Shown one piece after another: positions 39,179-51,100 of a stretch of DNA of 64,000 bases (its first letter is position 1; each line of letters starts with the position of its first letter). A program made the translations under genes and the position numbers. This DNA is from Candidatus Omnitrophota bacterium (GTDB taxonomy: Bacteria > Omnitrophota > Omnitrophia > Omnitrophales > Aquincolibacteriaceae). The notes beneath the pieces were generated by a model, which saw nothing but the letters and a program-made list of their open reading frames with translations, had not been told where the DNA came from and made no database searches. Where the stretch lies: positions 233,267 through 297,266 of the forward strand of contig DAOPYQ010000002.1 of assembly GCA_035352955.1 (NCBI GenBank), read 5' to 3'.

Positions 39179-42100
39179 TTATGCCGCCCACGCGACGACC
39201 TGCTGGTTCAGATAATCCTGAAGGACCGCGCGAAGCTCCGCGTGAACGATCAGATCGCCATCCGGCGATTCCGTCACGCCCCGTTCTTTCCCTTCGGAAA
39301 GCACGTACAGAAGCGCGAGCGAGATCAGGCCCTGCTCCTCATCCAGCCTGAGCGCTTTAACGAGAGGATGCCGTTTACGCCGCGCATTCTTTCCGTAAAG
39401 ATCGACGGCGGCACGATTCGGGAGACCAAATTTCGCGAACGCCTGTTCCATCCCGAGTTCCGTGACCGCGATCTTCCCGCCCTCGATCTGCCGGAGGATC
39501 GTTTCGCGTGCCAAAAGCGGCTCTTGCTCTTGCCGCGCAACCTTCGTCATCCTGAGCGCAGGCTTCGTCATCCTGAGCGCAGCGAAGGATCCCGTCTGAG
39601 ATTCTTCCCCCGCCGATGGCGGGGTCAGAATGACGGCCTTATTAGTTGGTGCTTCCCCGTAAAGAACGATCCGGGCGTCTTTGCGGCCTTCGGCAACCGC
39701 CGTCGCAACAATAAAGAATTCTTCCCACTGTTTTGCCGTGAGCGCGGCAAGTTCCGCACGGCTCATCAGGATCGTCCCAGCGCCGTTCAATGTTTCGATC
39801 CGGCTGCGGACCGCGAGCGCGTGACGCACAGCGCTTCGCGCTGAGGATGACGGATGACGGAGGGCGGTCCCAATACCTATCAATTTTTGCGAAGCGGAAG
39901 TTGGGGCGGATGGAGCTTTGGCTTTTACGTCCTCCGTCCTCCGTTTCCCTTCCTCCTGCTTTTCGGGTGTTGCACGGAGGGCGGGTGAAGCAGAAGCTGA
40001 GGGGTCAGAAAACTGCTTCGTGCCCGCCTCTCCGCGCGGTTGAATGGTTGTATTAATTATAATTTTTTCTCGCTTGGGTTCTTCGCCAGAGGCGAATCCG
40101 TCCACTTGCTGGTGGATTCGACTCGGGACGAATCCGCCGCGCTGCGTGGCGGAGAGTCTCGACGGGGCCGATACACGCCTCGGGTTTACGGCCGTAAACC
40201 CGAGGGCTGCTTCATTGACACCCCTAAAAGGCTGTGATAGGCTTTGGGTGGTTTCGCGGGAAAGAAGCTGTAAAGAAGATAAGCTACGGGTTGTTAAACC
40301 GCTCGGTTGAGAGATCAGCCGGGCGGTTTTTTTGTTGTCCTGCCTGCCCACCAAAACTTCAGCGCGGATTTCAGAGCGGGGCCCCGAAAAAACCGACGCC
40401 CACGCGTAAAACCCTCGGACGACGGCCCGCTCATAATCCAGGGAGTCTTTTTGGAGACGGGTCAATAGCGACTTGCCGACCTCGCCTCCCGTCGACATAA
40501 ATTCACCTTTATCGTCATCCGCCCGGCGGCTTTCCTGTGCTTCGTTTTCAAGAAGCTTGAGCCATCTCCGAAGCGGTTCAGTTTCTTGACCGGAAAATGG
40601 GGTCACCGGCTCACCGTGAACGGCTGCCCGGAAACGAACTCCCGCTTGCGCGATAAAAGACAGAACTTCCTCGGCAGCTTCCGAAGCCTGCGCCTGTTCT
40701 TTCTCGGGATAAATTCCCAGAAACTTGCGCCGCTGCGACAGCGCCTCTTCAAGGGCTTGCCGCATCGTGAAATATCGTGCCGCCATCTCCGCCTGCCTTT
40801 CGCCAAGCGTTCCCTGCCACGGGTTAAGAGCCTGAAGCGCTTTCCCGACAAGGCTCTGCGGCACGGCATCCCAGGCCCCTTTCTTCCGGATCTCAAGCGC
40901 AAGATTCTCCACATCGGCCCGAATACTCATGAATTCTTTCAATAATGTCCCCTCCGAAGACACATTGCCGGTAAGTGCTTCCTGAGAATAGATCTTTGTC
41001 AGCAGCCGGTCGGAAACGGTTTCACCTGCGGGATCCACAAGGAAGGGACGCAGGGTCGGAGTCGGCTCAAAGTGCGCGAAACCATACCCCAGCTCCCAAT
41101 CAGAAAATTCTATCCCTTGGGCAGCTATATCCCATTGGGCGCTCCTGAACTTCCATGTTGCCACACCCATCCAGGTATTCTGCAAAGCAACAAGAGCTGC
41201 CAGCGCCTTGAGCGCCGCAGCTTGATGAGGGCTCACTTCTTCGAGCGTTTCCACAAACACATCTTTTAACGAGTGGACGATATCGTCGACATCGGCGTAG
41301 ACCTTGCGCAGCCTCTCGATCAGGGATTTATTATGAAGTCCTTTATCCGCAAAATCACGCCGCAACGCCGTCTGGAAGCTCTGAAAGGATTTAAGAGCCA
41401 CCGCAAGTTCTCCGTGAGCCTTTATCTTGTTCTGGGTTTTCAAAAATTCTCCGGCGCGGATCAGATGGTTCACTCCATCGCCCAATGAAATCCTTTCGGC
41501 AGAGATTGTTTCCGCCATGCCCGCAAACGCCGGCTGGTTCATTTCCGTGAGCGTGTTCCTTACGCGCGCAACGATCGCCGCGATCTCAGGAATCGCCGCC
41601 CGCATCTCGGCGCGGCCGCCCACCTTTGCGGCCGGCCGAGAAATGCTTGAATACGGATTCAAGCGCGCTTCGGAGCGTTTGGCGGATTGGGAAGAAAGCT
41701 TCGCCTGGACGGCTTTGGCCACGGCCGCGACTGTTTTCCAGTCGCTTCGCGAAAGCTGTGCGGCGCGCAGACCCACGCCCATCATCCCGAAACTCGCTAA
41801 AGCACGTGACGCCGCGACCCAATTTTCATGCTCCAAAGCCTCAAGCACGCGGCGGAAATACGGCCGCAGCTTCATCGGAACTTGGATACTCCGGAAGAGT
41901 TCCGTGATCCGGCGGTGGTTCCGAACTGCTACGGAACTTTTTCCGGAGGCTCTCCTCAGGACCAATCCATCGTCCGTTAGCCGATAGATCCTCTGACTGA
42001 GGCTCCTCGCGGGCGTCCGGCGAGATCCCGTCAATCTTGTGATCTCGACCACGTCTTGATAAAGATTGATCCGGACATTCACTCCGTATTGCTCAAACAA

Positions 42101-45100
42101 AAACCTTTCAAAATTATTCAAAGAATCCGTGAGGGCGCGCCCGTGCTCCTGATCGTAATCGATCAACATATCCGGTATTTTCGGAGCAAACTCCGCCAGA
42201 AGAAAATGAGAAGCAAAATCCATACCGAAGATCTCGTATTTCACGAATTGTTGGAGCGCAAGCTTAAGTGTAGATATGTCGACCAGCAACCGGCCCCCCG
42301 GCTTGAGGGCCTTGACCCATTTGGAAAAAAATCTTGGAGCTTCTTTTTCGTCATTAAAGGCATAACTCAGGGACTTCGTTCCTATCATCAGGTCAAGCTG
42401 TCCTTCCCCATAATCAAGCGTGCTGAAGTCCGCCAGCAACGGATAGGCCGCCACATTCCCCGGAAGGACCGCGCGATATTTAACCCCACCTGAAGATCCT
42501 TGGAACGAACTGTCTTTCTGAAAGAATTGTTCAAAGATCAGCTTGAGCGGCTGGGAAACATGATATTCGCCCCAGTTTCTATCGGTCATATAATTACGCG
42601 CTTGGGAAGGATTCGCGCTGATCCCCCTCAGGACCTCTATCTCCGGCCGCTGATTCGAGACCACTGAGAGCTCGATCGGGCGCTTACCATATCTCCCGGC
42701 AAGCACGCCGGCAACTTCCAGAAATTGGGGCGACTCTAGGGAGCCTGCTTCATCATGTAATCCAGGTCCCATTAAAGCCACTTTTAGAGGGCCGCGTTTA
42801 GCAGTATCAAGAGGGCGCAGCAAAAGATCGTATAACCCCGGAAATCGCTGTGCCTCAGTAAAGTCACCGTATCCGGACCGTCCGTAGAATTTCGCCAGCT
42901 GCGGATTGATCGTCCGCAGATAATCCGCGTAGGGGCCCGCCGCTTGAGCTGCCTTATCCGCAGGCTCCCGAATCTCGGCTCGGACTTCCTTGGTCCGGGC
43001 ACGAGTGCGTGCAGGACTAGGGGTGTCCTGCCGCATCTCAGCACGGCCGCCCACCTTTGCGGCCGGCCGAGGAGTGCTTGAATGCAGATTCAAGCGCACC
43101 TCGGCTGGGACTTCCTTGGTCCCAGCACGAGTGCGTGCGGGACTAGGGATGTCCTGCCGAATCTCGGATCGAAGGGCGGCGATCGTTCTGACGGCTGAAT
43201 CCAGTTTGTCATAGAACTCAAGGGAGTCGGCTTCGCGGGTGATCACGAGCGGCTTGCTCAAACCGGGATGGCCGAGGATCAGCTCTCCTCTGTCCGCTGT
43301 CACGGAAGCCCCGTACATCTTGTTCAAAACCTCGTTCAGGATCTCCCGGATCCCGGCGGCGGTCCTGTCGGAAGGATTGCCGTGAAGCTGGATCGGCGCT
43401 ATCCAGAGGATCATTTTCAAAAGCTCCCGGTCGTATTGACCCGGTGTGGCATGTTCTTTTTGCCGGACCAATACATCGAATTCTTTCAAGGATTCCCGGA
43501 GCGCGGGATAAAAATACCGGTTCAGCGCCTCTCTCGCATTTTGAGATCTTCCGAACCGAACTCCGCTCAAATGCATCGCGATCCGCTCGGTCCCTCTTTC
43601 CAAAAAGATCTTCGGCTTTACATCGACCTCGTGGTCCCCATAACCGGATGCGAAAAGGATCGCGTGCTCCGTTGATTTGCGGAGACACTGGGCCGCTTTT
43701 TTCGCAAAATTGACGGCATCCTCCCCGTATTCCCCGTAGCTTTGAACGTCCAGCTCGGCTCTTAAAAGTTCGGTCCGGGCTTGATCGGCTTCTTTTTCCG
43801 CCTGATCGAGCGCGCGCCGGAAAACAACCTCCTTACGGGCGGCTTCCAGAACGGCGTCCCGATGGCTTTCAAAATACCCTTTCAAGTCCAGCATCAGATC
43901 GAGGACCAGATCTCCGTACGTGGATAAAACCTGTTCTTTAAGAGCAGCCTCTTTCGCTTTATAGATCGTTCTTTGTCCGGAACCCTGAAAAACCATCATG
44001 AAATCCGCCGCCAGCGCTGCGGCGGCGATCCTTTCCCGGATCTCTCCGGAAAAATACTTTTCAAGCGCCGGCCAGGCGACCGCAAGGTCCGGGTCTGTCT
44101 GCAGAAGTTTCGCGGTTTCATCGACCATCTCTTCATCCACCCACTTCAGCAGAACCGGCGCATCCAGACCGGCCACTTCCATTTCACGTCCTCTTGCCGC
44201 GAAACTTTTGGGGAACATTTTTTTAGCCCGGGCGATCCGTCTTCGATCTCTTTTCCATTCTTCGTTCGCGTCCCGGATCTTTTCAGGAAGGGATTGAACC
44301 GCTTTTTTGAGCTGTTTGATCAGGTCTTGGGGCACGTATTCCTTCGAGGACTTCAAGCCCCCTCTCGCTACCGAAAAAGACGCCAAAATGAACTGGTACG
44401 CGACCTTGAGCATGGGAACGGTTTCTCTCAACGCGTCCGGACCCGTCACATCCAGATCGTATTTCTGCTCTTTCATGGCCTGATAAAAAATATCGAGCTC
44501 AGCTTCGTCCCACGGCATGCCGCGTAAAAAGAAATCCATGAGCAGTTCTTTATCCGTCCCCATCTCCGTCCCCGCAGGCTCTGTTTTAGCAAGGGACAGG
44601 AATGTATCGCCGCCGGATGAGCGCAAAGTCGCGCGAGCAGGCGAGTTCACGTCCGCCTCGCTGATCGCGAGAGCCAGGGCCTCCGCGATCCATCGGCGGG
44701 TCCTGTCAGTGGAGCGGGCTTCCCGCCTGTCCGCCGGCAAGGGGCTGTTACCCGAGATAGAGTCGGGCTTCATCTCGGGTCCGGCATCCTCCTTTTGGAA
44801 GGTGAAACTCAGGGAGGCGGGATCGAACCTCATGTGCTTGAGGAAAGCGAAAACAACGGCCGGGTCGTAAAAAACGCCCGCGAGATTCGCGATCTCCGTC
44901 AGGGCTTCCGACGGTTTGAAGATATGATTGTAGGGCCGCTGAAAGGTCATCGCGTCGAACGAGTCAGCGACCGCCGTGATCTTCGCGATAAGCGGGATCT
45001 GATGGCCCGCGAGCCCTTTGGGGTAGCCCTGCCCGTTGTATTTTTCATGATGCGCGACGACATTCGCCGCGACCTCACGGAGATATTCGAACTTCTCCAT

Positions 45101-48100
45101 CAGCGGTCTCAGCACGTTAAACCCCTCTGCCGCGTGGCTCATCATCACGGGCCACTCCGCGGGATCGAGCCGCCCCGGCTTCTTCAGGATCGCGTCGGGC
45201 ACCGTGAGTTTGCCGATATCGTGGAACGCGAAGCTGTCGACCAGCGTCCGGGTGACATCAAGTCCCATAACCCCGGCCGTGGCAACGCCAAGCTCCGTCA
45301 CGCGCGCCATGTGATCGAGCGTGACTTCGTCTTTTTCCGCCATCTGTTCGAGCAGTGCGAGAAGCTCGCTCCCGACCGGCCCGTATTTCAGGACCCTCCC
45401 GATCGCCTCCTCCCCCGCCCGAAGTTCGCTCCGGTCCGCGGGAGTTCCCCAGGAGGAGCGGGAAACCTTCAGGGATATCTCGAGGGAAACTGCATAACTG
45501 CCTTGTTTTAAGATTGAAGCAGAGCTCTGAAGTCCGGCAATTTCATTCGTTCTTTTAATTCGATAGACACTTTCCGGGAATTGGTCTTTCAAAACCACTG
45601 CCCACTCGTTCCGTCCTCCAAACTCCGCTGTAAAATCATCCGTATCATCAGGAGCAATAACCAACCGCCCCTTTGGCTTCAATAAACGGAAAATGCTGGC
45701 CGCCTTCCTCTTCCCAGAATCAAAAAGATACGTTTCATCCGGATAAGGCGCCAAACAATAGACCCCCGCCACGAAAGCCGCTCCCTTTTGCGCGGCAAAA
45801 GCTTCGGAGTCCTTACCGAGGATGATCCGGACATTCCTCAAACCTTCCTGCCGGATCAATAAAACCATTTTGTTGAACAACGCCGGATCGGGTTCGATAA
45901 AAATGAACCGGGCCCCGGGATTCTCACGCACAAGCGAAAGCGAAATCCAGGATTCGCCGGGACCGATATCTACGAACAGGGGCGCCGCGGCATTACCAAA
46001 AACTTCCCGCCAGTCCGCCGTCACAGAAATGATCGGAGAAAAATCGTTTTTCGCGGTTGCTTGGCGGTCGTTTGTTTTTTCATTTTCCGGCGACGCTTTT
46101 TGCGTTTGCCGCGACTCGGAGCGGGCCTCCTGCCTGTCTGCCAACGTGTCCACGGCAGAGCTATCTCTTGTTTGTTTGCGGGCCAGTTCCTCTTCAGCGG
46201 CCCGCCGGACTTCCGTCAAAAGCGCTTCGGTCGAAATGTCTTCGGGCGTGCTTAAGAGGATCGCGGGAGCAACGCGGGCCAGGAACCGGAGGATGGCGAC
46301 ACTGCCGTAAGAATAGGTCCATTTCTTCTTGAGGTGCGTGATGTCACTAAAGCCTTCCTTGACGAAAACGCTGGTCGAGGCCTGGAAGGTGCTTGGCGTA
46401 TTTCCGTCCTCGCGCGCGGTCCGCACCAAGAGATCGGAAAAAGGAAGCATTCTCTCCAGGGTCAGCTGCGGGTACGGATCAAAGACCTCCTGCATCCCGG
46501 TAGCGTCCGTATCGAGATTGTAGAATAACGCCTGCTTCCTTGGCCTCGTGACGGAGGGATTCCCGAAAAATTTCCCGATCCATCCCCAACTGGTTTGCCC
46601 GTCAATGCCCGGCACGGACGCCGTCCGCCACAGATCAAGGCTTCCCTTGACCCAGAAGTGCCCGGCCAGGAACCCCGTCGCGCGAAAAGCCTGATTAAAA
46701 TTTTTCATGGTGATCCAGAAAAGGGAATCTCCAAGCACCCCGGATATTTTTTCCCAGTCTTTTAACCGCGCCGGATCTCCGACGGGAGGAAATTCACCGG
46801 GCATTTTAAAGAATGGCTTTGCCGGATCCGGGATCGCGCCATCCGGACCCGCCGAAGGGCTTTCGTCATGGTGCTCGTCCATAAAAAGCTGGATATTGCC
46901 GGAAGTCGGCATCTCCCCCCGGGCCGCCGCTTCCATGGCATATTTAGCGGAACTTCCGTGATCCCCCGCAAAATAAAAACTGACCGTCCCGCCGCCGGGT
47001 CTTTTGAAACGGATCACCACGTCCCGCGCGGGGACCACGGGATTTTCCCCCGCCTGGACGATGTCCTGCCAGGTCCCCAGGATCAGGGCCGGAAAATCGT
47101 TGGATTGCCAAACGCCCTTTCCGTCGGCCTGCCGCACAAAATGATAATGTGCCCGGTCGAATTCATCGAGGAAGGGGGGTTGTCCTTCTACCGAAGGTGC
47201 GTGAAGTTTCTCCGCCGGATAATACATCATGCCTTCCGCCAACCGATCGATCCGCATCTCAGCACGGCGGCTTTCATTAGAAGCCGGCTGAGAAGTGCTT
47301 GAATATTGATTCAAGCGCATCTCGGCTGGGGCTTCCTTGGTCCCAGCACGAGTGCGTGCAGGACTATGGATGTCCTGCCGCACCTCGGCGCGGGGAAGGT
47401 TTTGGTCCATGACGGCGATCACGTCTGTCACTATCCGCCGGAATTGCTCGTACGTAGGCGCGGCATTGGCAATACGCTGCCCATCCACCAGCTGTTGACC
47501 ACGGGCAGAGCTGTAAAACGACGCCGCGGTCGCGTCGGACACCGCATGACCCGTGACCCGGTTTGAAACAAGAGTGAGTACATCCTGTAAAACATGGCAT
47601 AACTCATGCCCCGAAGATTTCAGGAATAATCCGGTTAACCAGATACTTCCTCCCACAACGATCGTCGCGCCCGCCGAATACAGGAACAAGCCGGCATCGA
47701 TATGAGATCCTCTGTTCGCCAAGTCGTGAAGAACCATGCTCGCAAAGAGCGCCGGATAAACATGAATCCGGTCAAAGTAGCGGATCACTTTCACAGAGCC
47801 CGCCTCATCGAAATGGGTGGCGGTCTCTCCTCCGTTATATTGGAATATAAGCTTCCCCAACGAAAACACCAGGCTCCCAAGCCCCCATAGCGTGTGGAGA
47901 TAACGTTTGTGTTTGAGATCTTTAAAAATTTCCAACGGAGTGCGATAAAAGAACCGGTAAAGTTCATTGAATATGACTGCCGTCCAACTCCCCGGGGCTC
48001 GGACCACGGGAACGCCGTACCGGGCTGCCAGGATTTTGACAAAACGCTCGTAATCGGCCGCGTCCCTGAGCTGGCCGGGAACGGAGAACATCGTTGATTC

Positions 48101-51100
48101 CATCCAGGCCGAAGCCAAAACATCGTTCAATAACCGCTTTAAGGGCGGCCGTAATCGCTCATCCGCCGCAACGGCCGCGGTGGAACTGTCATCGATTTTC
48201 CGTGCCGTCCCGGTCCGTAATTCGTTTCGTCCGAATTTTTCGAGCCGCTCCCCGGTGAATTTCTCGAGATCCGCAAAACCTTCCCCCATCCTCCGGACAG
48301 CCTCCGAAAAAACCTCCCGGTTCCACGCCCGGTCCTGACTTTCAATGAAGACCTCGTAAGGGAAATAGAACATCTGCTCCATCTTTGTCATCGGATGTTC
48401 TTCGGAATTATTTTCCACCAGACGCCCGGCATCCCGGTATTTTGCGTAGCGCGGGCCCGCAAAGTCCTCCCGGATCGCCTTGACCAATTCCTGATACTGG
48501 GCCAGCACCGCCCCGACCCGGTCAAGATCGCCGCGGATATCTTTCGAAAGGTCCCGGGCCAAAAGACCTTTCTTTAAAAGAACATACATTTCGAGTTTGA
48601 GGGCGGCCAGCGAGTTCCTGATGTTATGGTCAAACCATTCTCCCCAGGTCACCCGGTCGCCGTCATAACCCTCCCCGAAGACCGAAAAACCGTTCTCAAG
48701 TTCTGTCACGATCCCGATCAGGTCCTCTAGATACTGGACCTTCTGGCGGAGTCTATAGATGTCCGTTCCCTTTTCCTCGCCCGCCGCGGCCTTGCCTCCG
48801 AAAGAATCCGCCCTTATCGGAGCCTCCGGATCGGGCCATGCGATCTCCCGGGGAACCTGGATCACGGAAGGAATCGTTCCATAAGACGCCACCGTCTTCG
48901 CGCCGAACAAAAGATCCTCATATCCGGGAACGATCCGGTCGTCGAACGCTTTTTCCGCCGAAGTATAAAAAAGCGACGCGCGGTCAAGGCGAACCTTCTG
49001 CGGCTCATGCGCCTCGCGGTTCGTGCGGCTTACGGCATCCGCGAGAATGGCCGCTTCTTCGGGGGAAAGCGGCGCCACCACATGCATCGCCGTAACGTGA
49101 TAACGGGTCCGCGGCCTGAAATTCGAAAGACCTTTGTGCCTTTCGAGAAGTCCTTCCACCATCGCGTCCATCGCGGCAAGATCCGAGTCCCGCGCCGGGT
49201 CGAACTCAAAAACAAGAAGCCGGCCTCCCTTGAAAAAAGCAAGCTTTCCGAGGTAACCTTCGGCCGACTTCATGGTCTCAGCCGCTTCGCGAAAAACCGA
49301 CGGGTCCTTTTCCAGTTCCGGGTTCCGGTCTGCGGGTCCCGCAACCAACGTGATGTGCCGGACCTCCGAAGGAACCAGCCTTACCTTGGCCGCGAGCTTG
49401 GGATCCGCGCGGTCGAGCTTGCGAAAAAGTTTCAAAAGCATTCCGTCCATATACGCGTTCGCTTCGGGATCGTTCCCGAGCCTGTGGGCAAACACAACAT
49501 GACGCGCCGGCTCGATCGGCTCTCCCTTGACACCCTCCGCCTTCATCGCGGCAATATCGTCCTCTTCGAGCCTCGCGAACTGTTTGCGGTATTCCTGAAC
49601 TCGCTGAACGGTACCGGGCACCTTGTGGACACTAAAGTGCTGCTTCGCCGCAGGTTGATCCGCCCGCATCTCAGCACGGCGGCCCCCCTCTGCCGCCGGC
49701 TGAGAAGTCCTCGGATATCGATCCGAAGGATCCTCGGCCCTCGGGATTCCCACAACGATGCGGTACAACTGCTCATTGTGCCGGTACAGTCCCGCGACCC
49801 GGCCAAGCGATTCCAGCGACCATCCTCGCTTTCGGGCCAGGGCCGTCAAGGAAGCAATCTCGTAATCGGTATACTTGGGAGATTCATCGCCGAGCATCAA
49901 CAGGGTCCCGGGATGCGAGCGCTTCAGAACATTCCCGACTAGCTCATCGATCTCTGGCTTGGAGGACAGGTAACGCGCCTGTTCCGGATGCTGCATGATC
50001 GAGGGCAATACATTGAGCATGATGACCAGATCAAAATTCTCACCAGCGGGGATCCCCCCGAAATCGGTCTTCCTCCCGCGGTCCATCGCGTCAAGCCGGT
50101 CCTTCAGGACCGAAGCCCAGGCCGACACTTTCGGCACTTTGAACTGCCGGTCAAGAGCCTCCCGGAGCGCCGCCACCCGCTCAACGTATTTCTCGTCGTG
50201 CACATCGCTGGGCTGCAGCAGGGTCACATCCACCCCGGCAGTTTCTAAGGCAAAACTGATATCAAAGAAATCGGACGGTCCCACCTCGAGGACTTTCTGC
50301 CCTGCCTTGATCCTGCCGCTCGCGAAAAGTTCCTGCGCAAACCGGACGGCACCTTCCTGAACCCGCCGCGCTTCCTCTTGCTCGAAGGAATACCAGCGCA
50401 CCACCCAGCTCAGAACATCCAGCACACCGGTCCGGTCAAACGCTGTCAGAAGGTCCCGGACAGGAATGCTCTTTCCCTGAGCCTTCGCGGGCGCCGTTGC
50501 TTTCACGGATGTTTTCCCCGCCCGTGATTCGGCGCGGACGTCCGGCGCAAGCCGGACCTTGAAGATCTTCACCGTCTGCGTGCCGGCGGGACGGCCGAAC
50601 GCGCTGACCGAAATGACCTCCTGGCGGATCTTTCTGACCGAAAGACCCTTTTCCTGTTTGAAGAGAGGCTCCAGGGTATTTCCAATTCCCATGACGTAGT
50701 AGGCGCCGCCGGGTTTGAGACGAACGGACAATTCGGACAGGGTTTTGGAAAACGTCCTGCCTCCGGGGTCTTCCGTCCTGAGATCCGCTTCGTTTCGGTC
50801 TTCGGAAGGAGCCGGGGCGTTATCAATAATGGCATCGTAGGTATCGCGGACATTCTCAAACCCGTCGCTTTCCCAGACCCGCACACGGTCCTGAAGGTTG
50901 TGCGCGTACACATTGGCCAGGCTGTTTTGAACTTCCAGCTTACCAATGTCCACGCCGTCGAGCTCGATACCCGGTACCGTTTTCCCGAGAACCACAAGCT
51001 CCGGACCTGCCCCCGACCCCTTAACCAGGATCTTTTGACCCGGACGGATCTCCGGAAGGACCGCGGCGAGCAGGACGGCAACATAGGGATTTTCGGGAGA

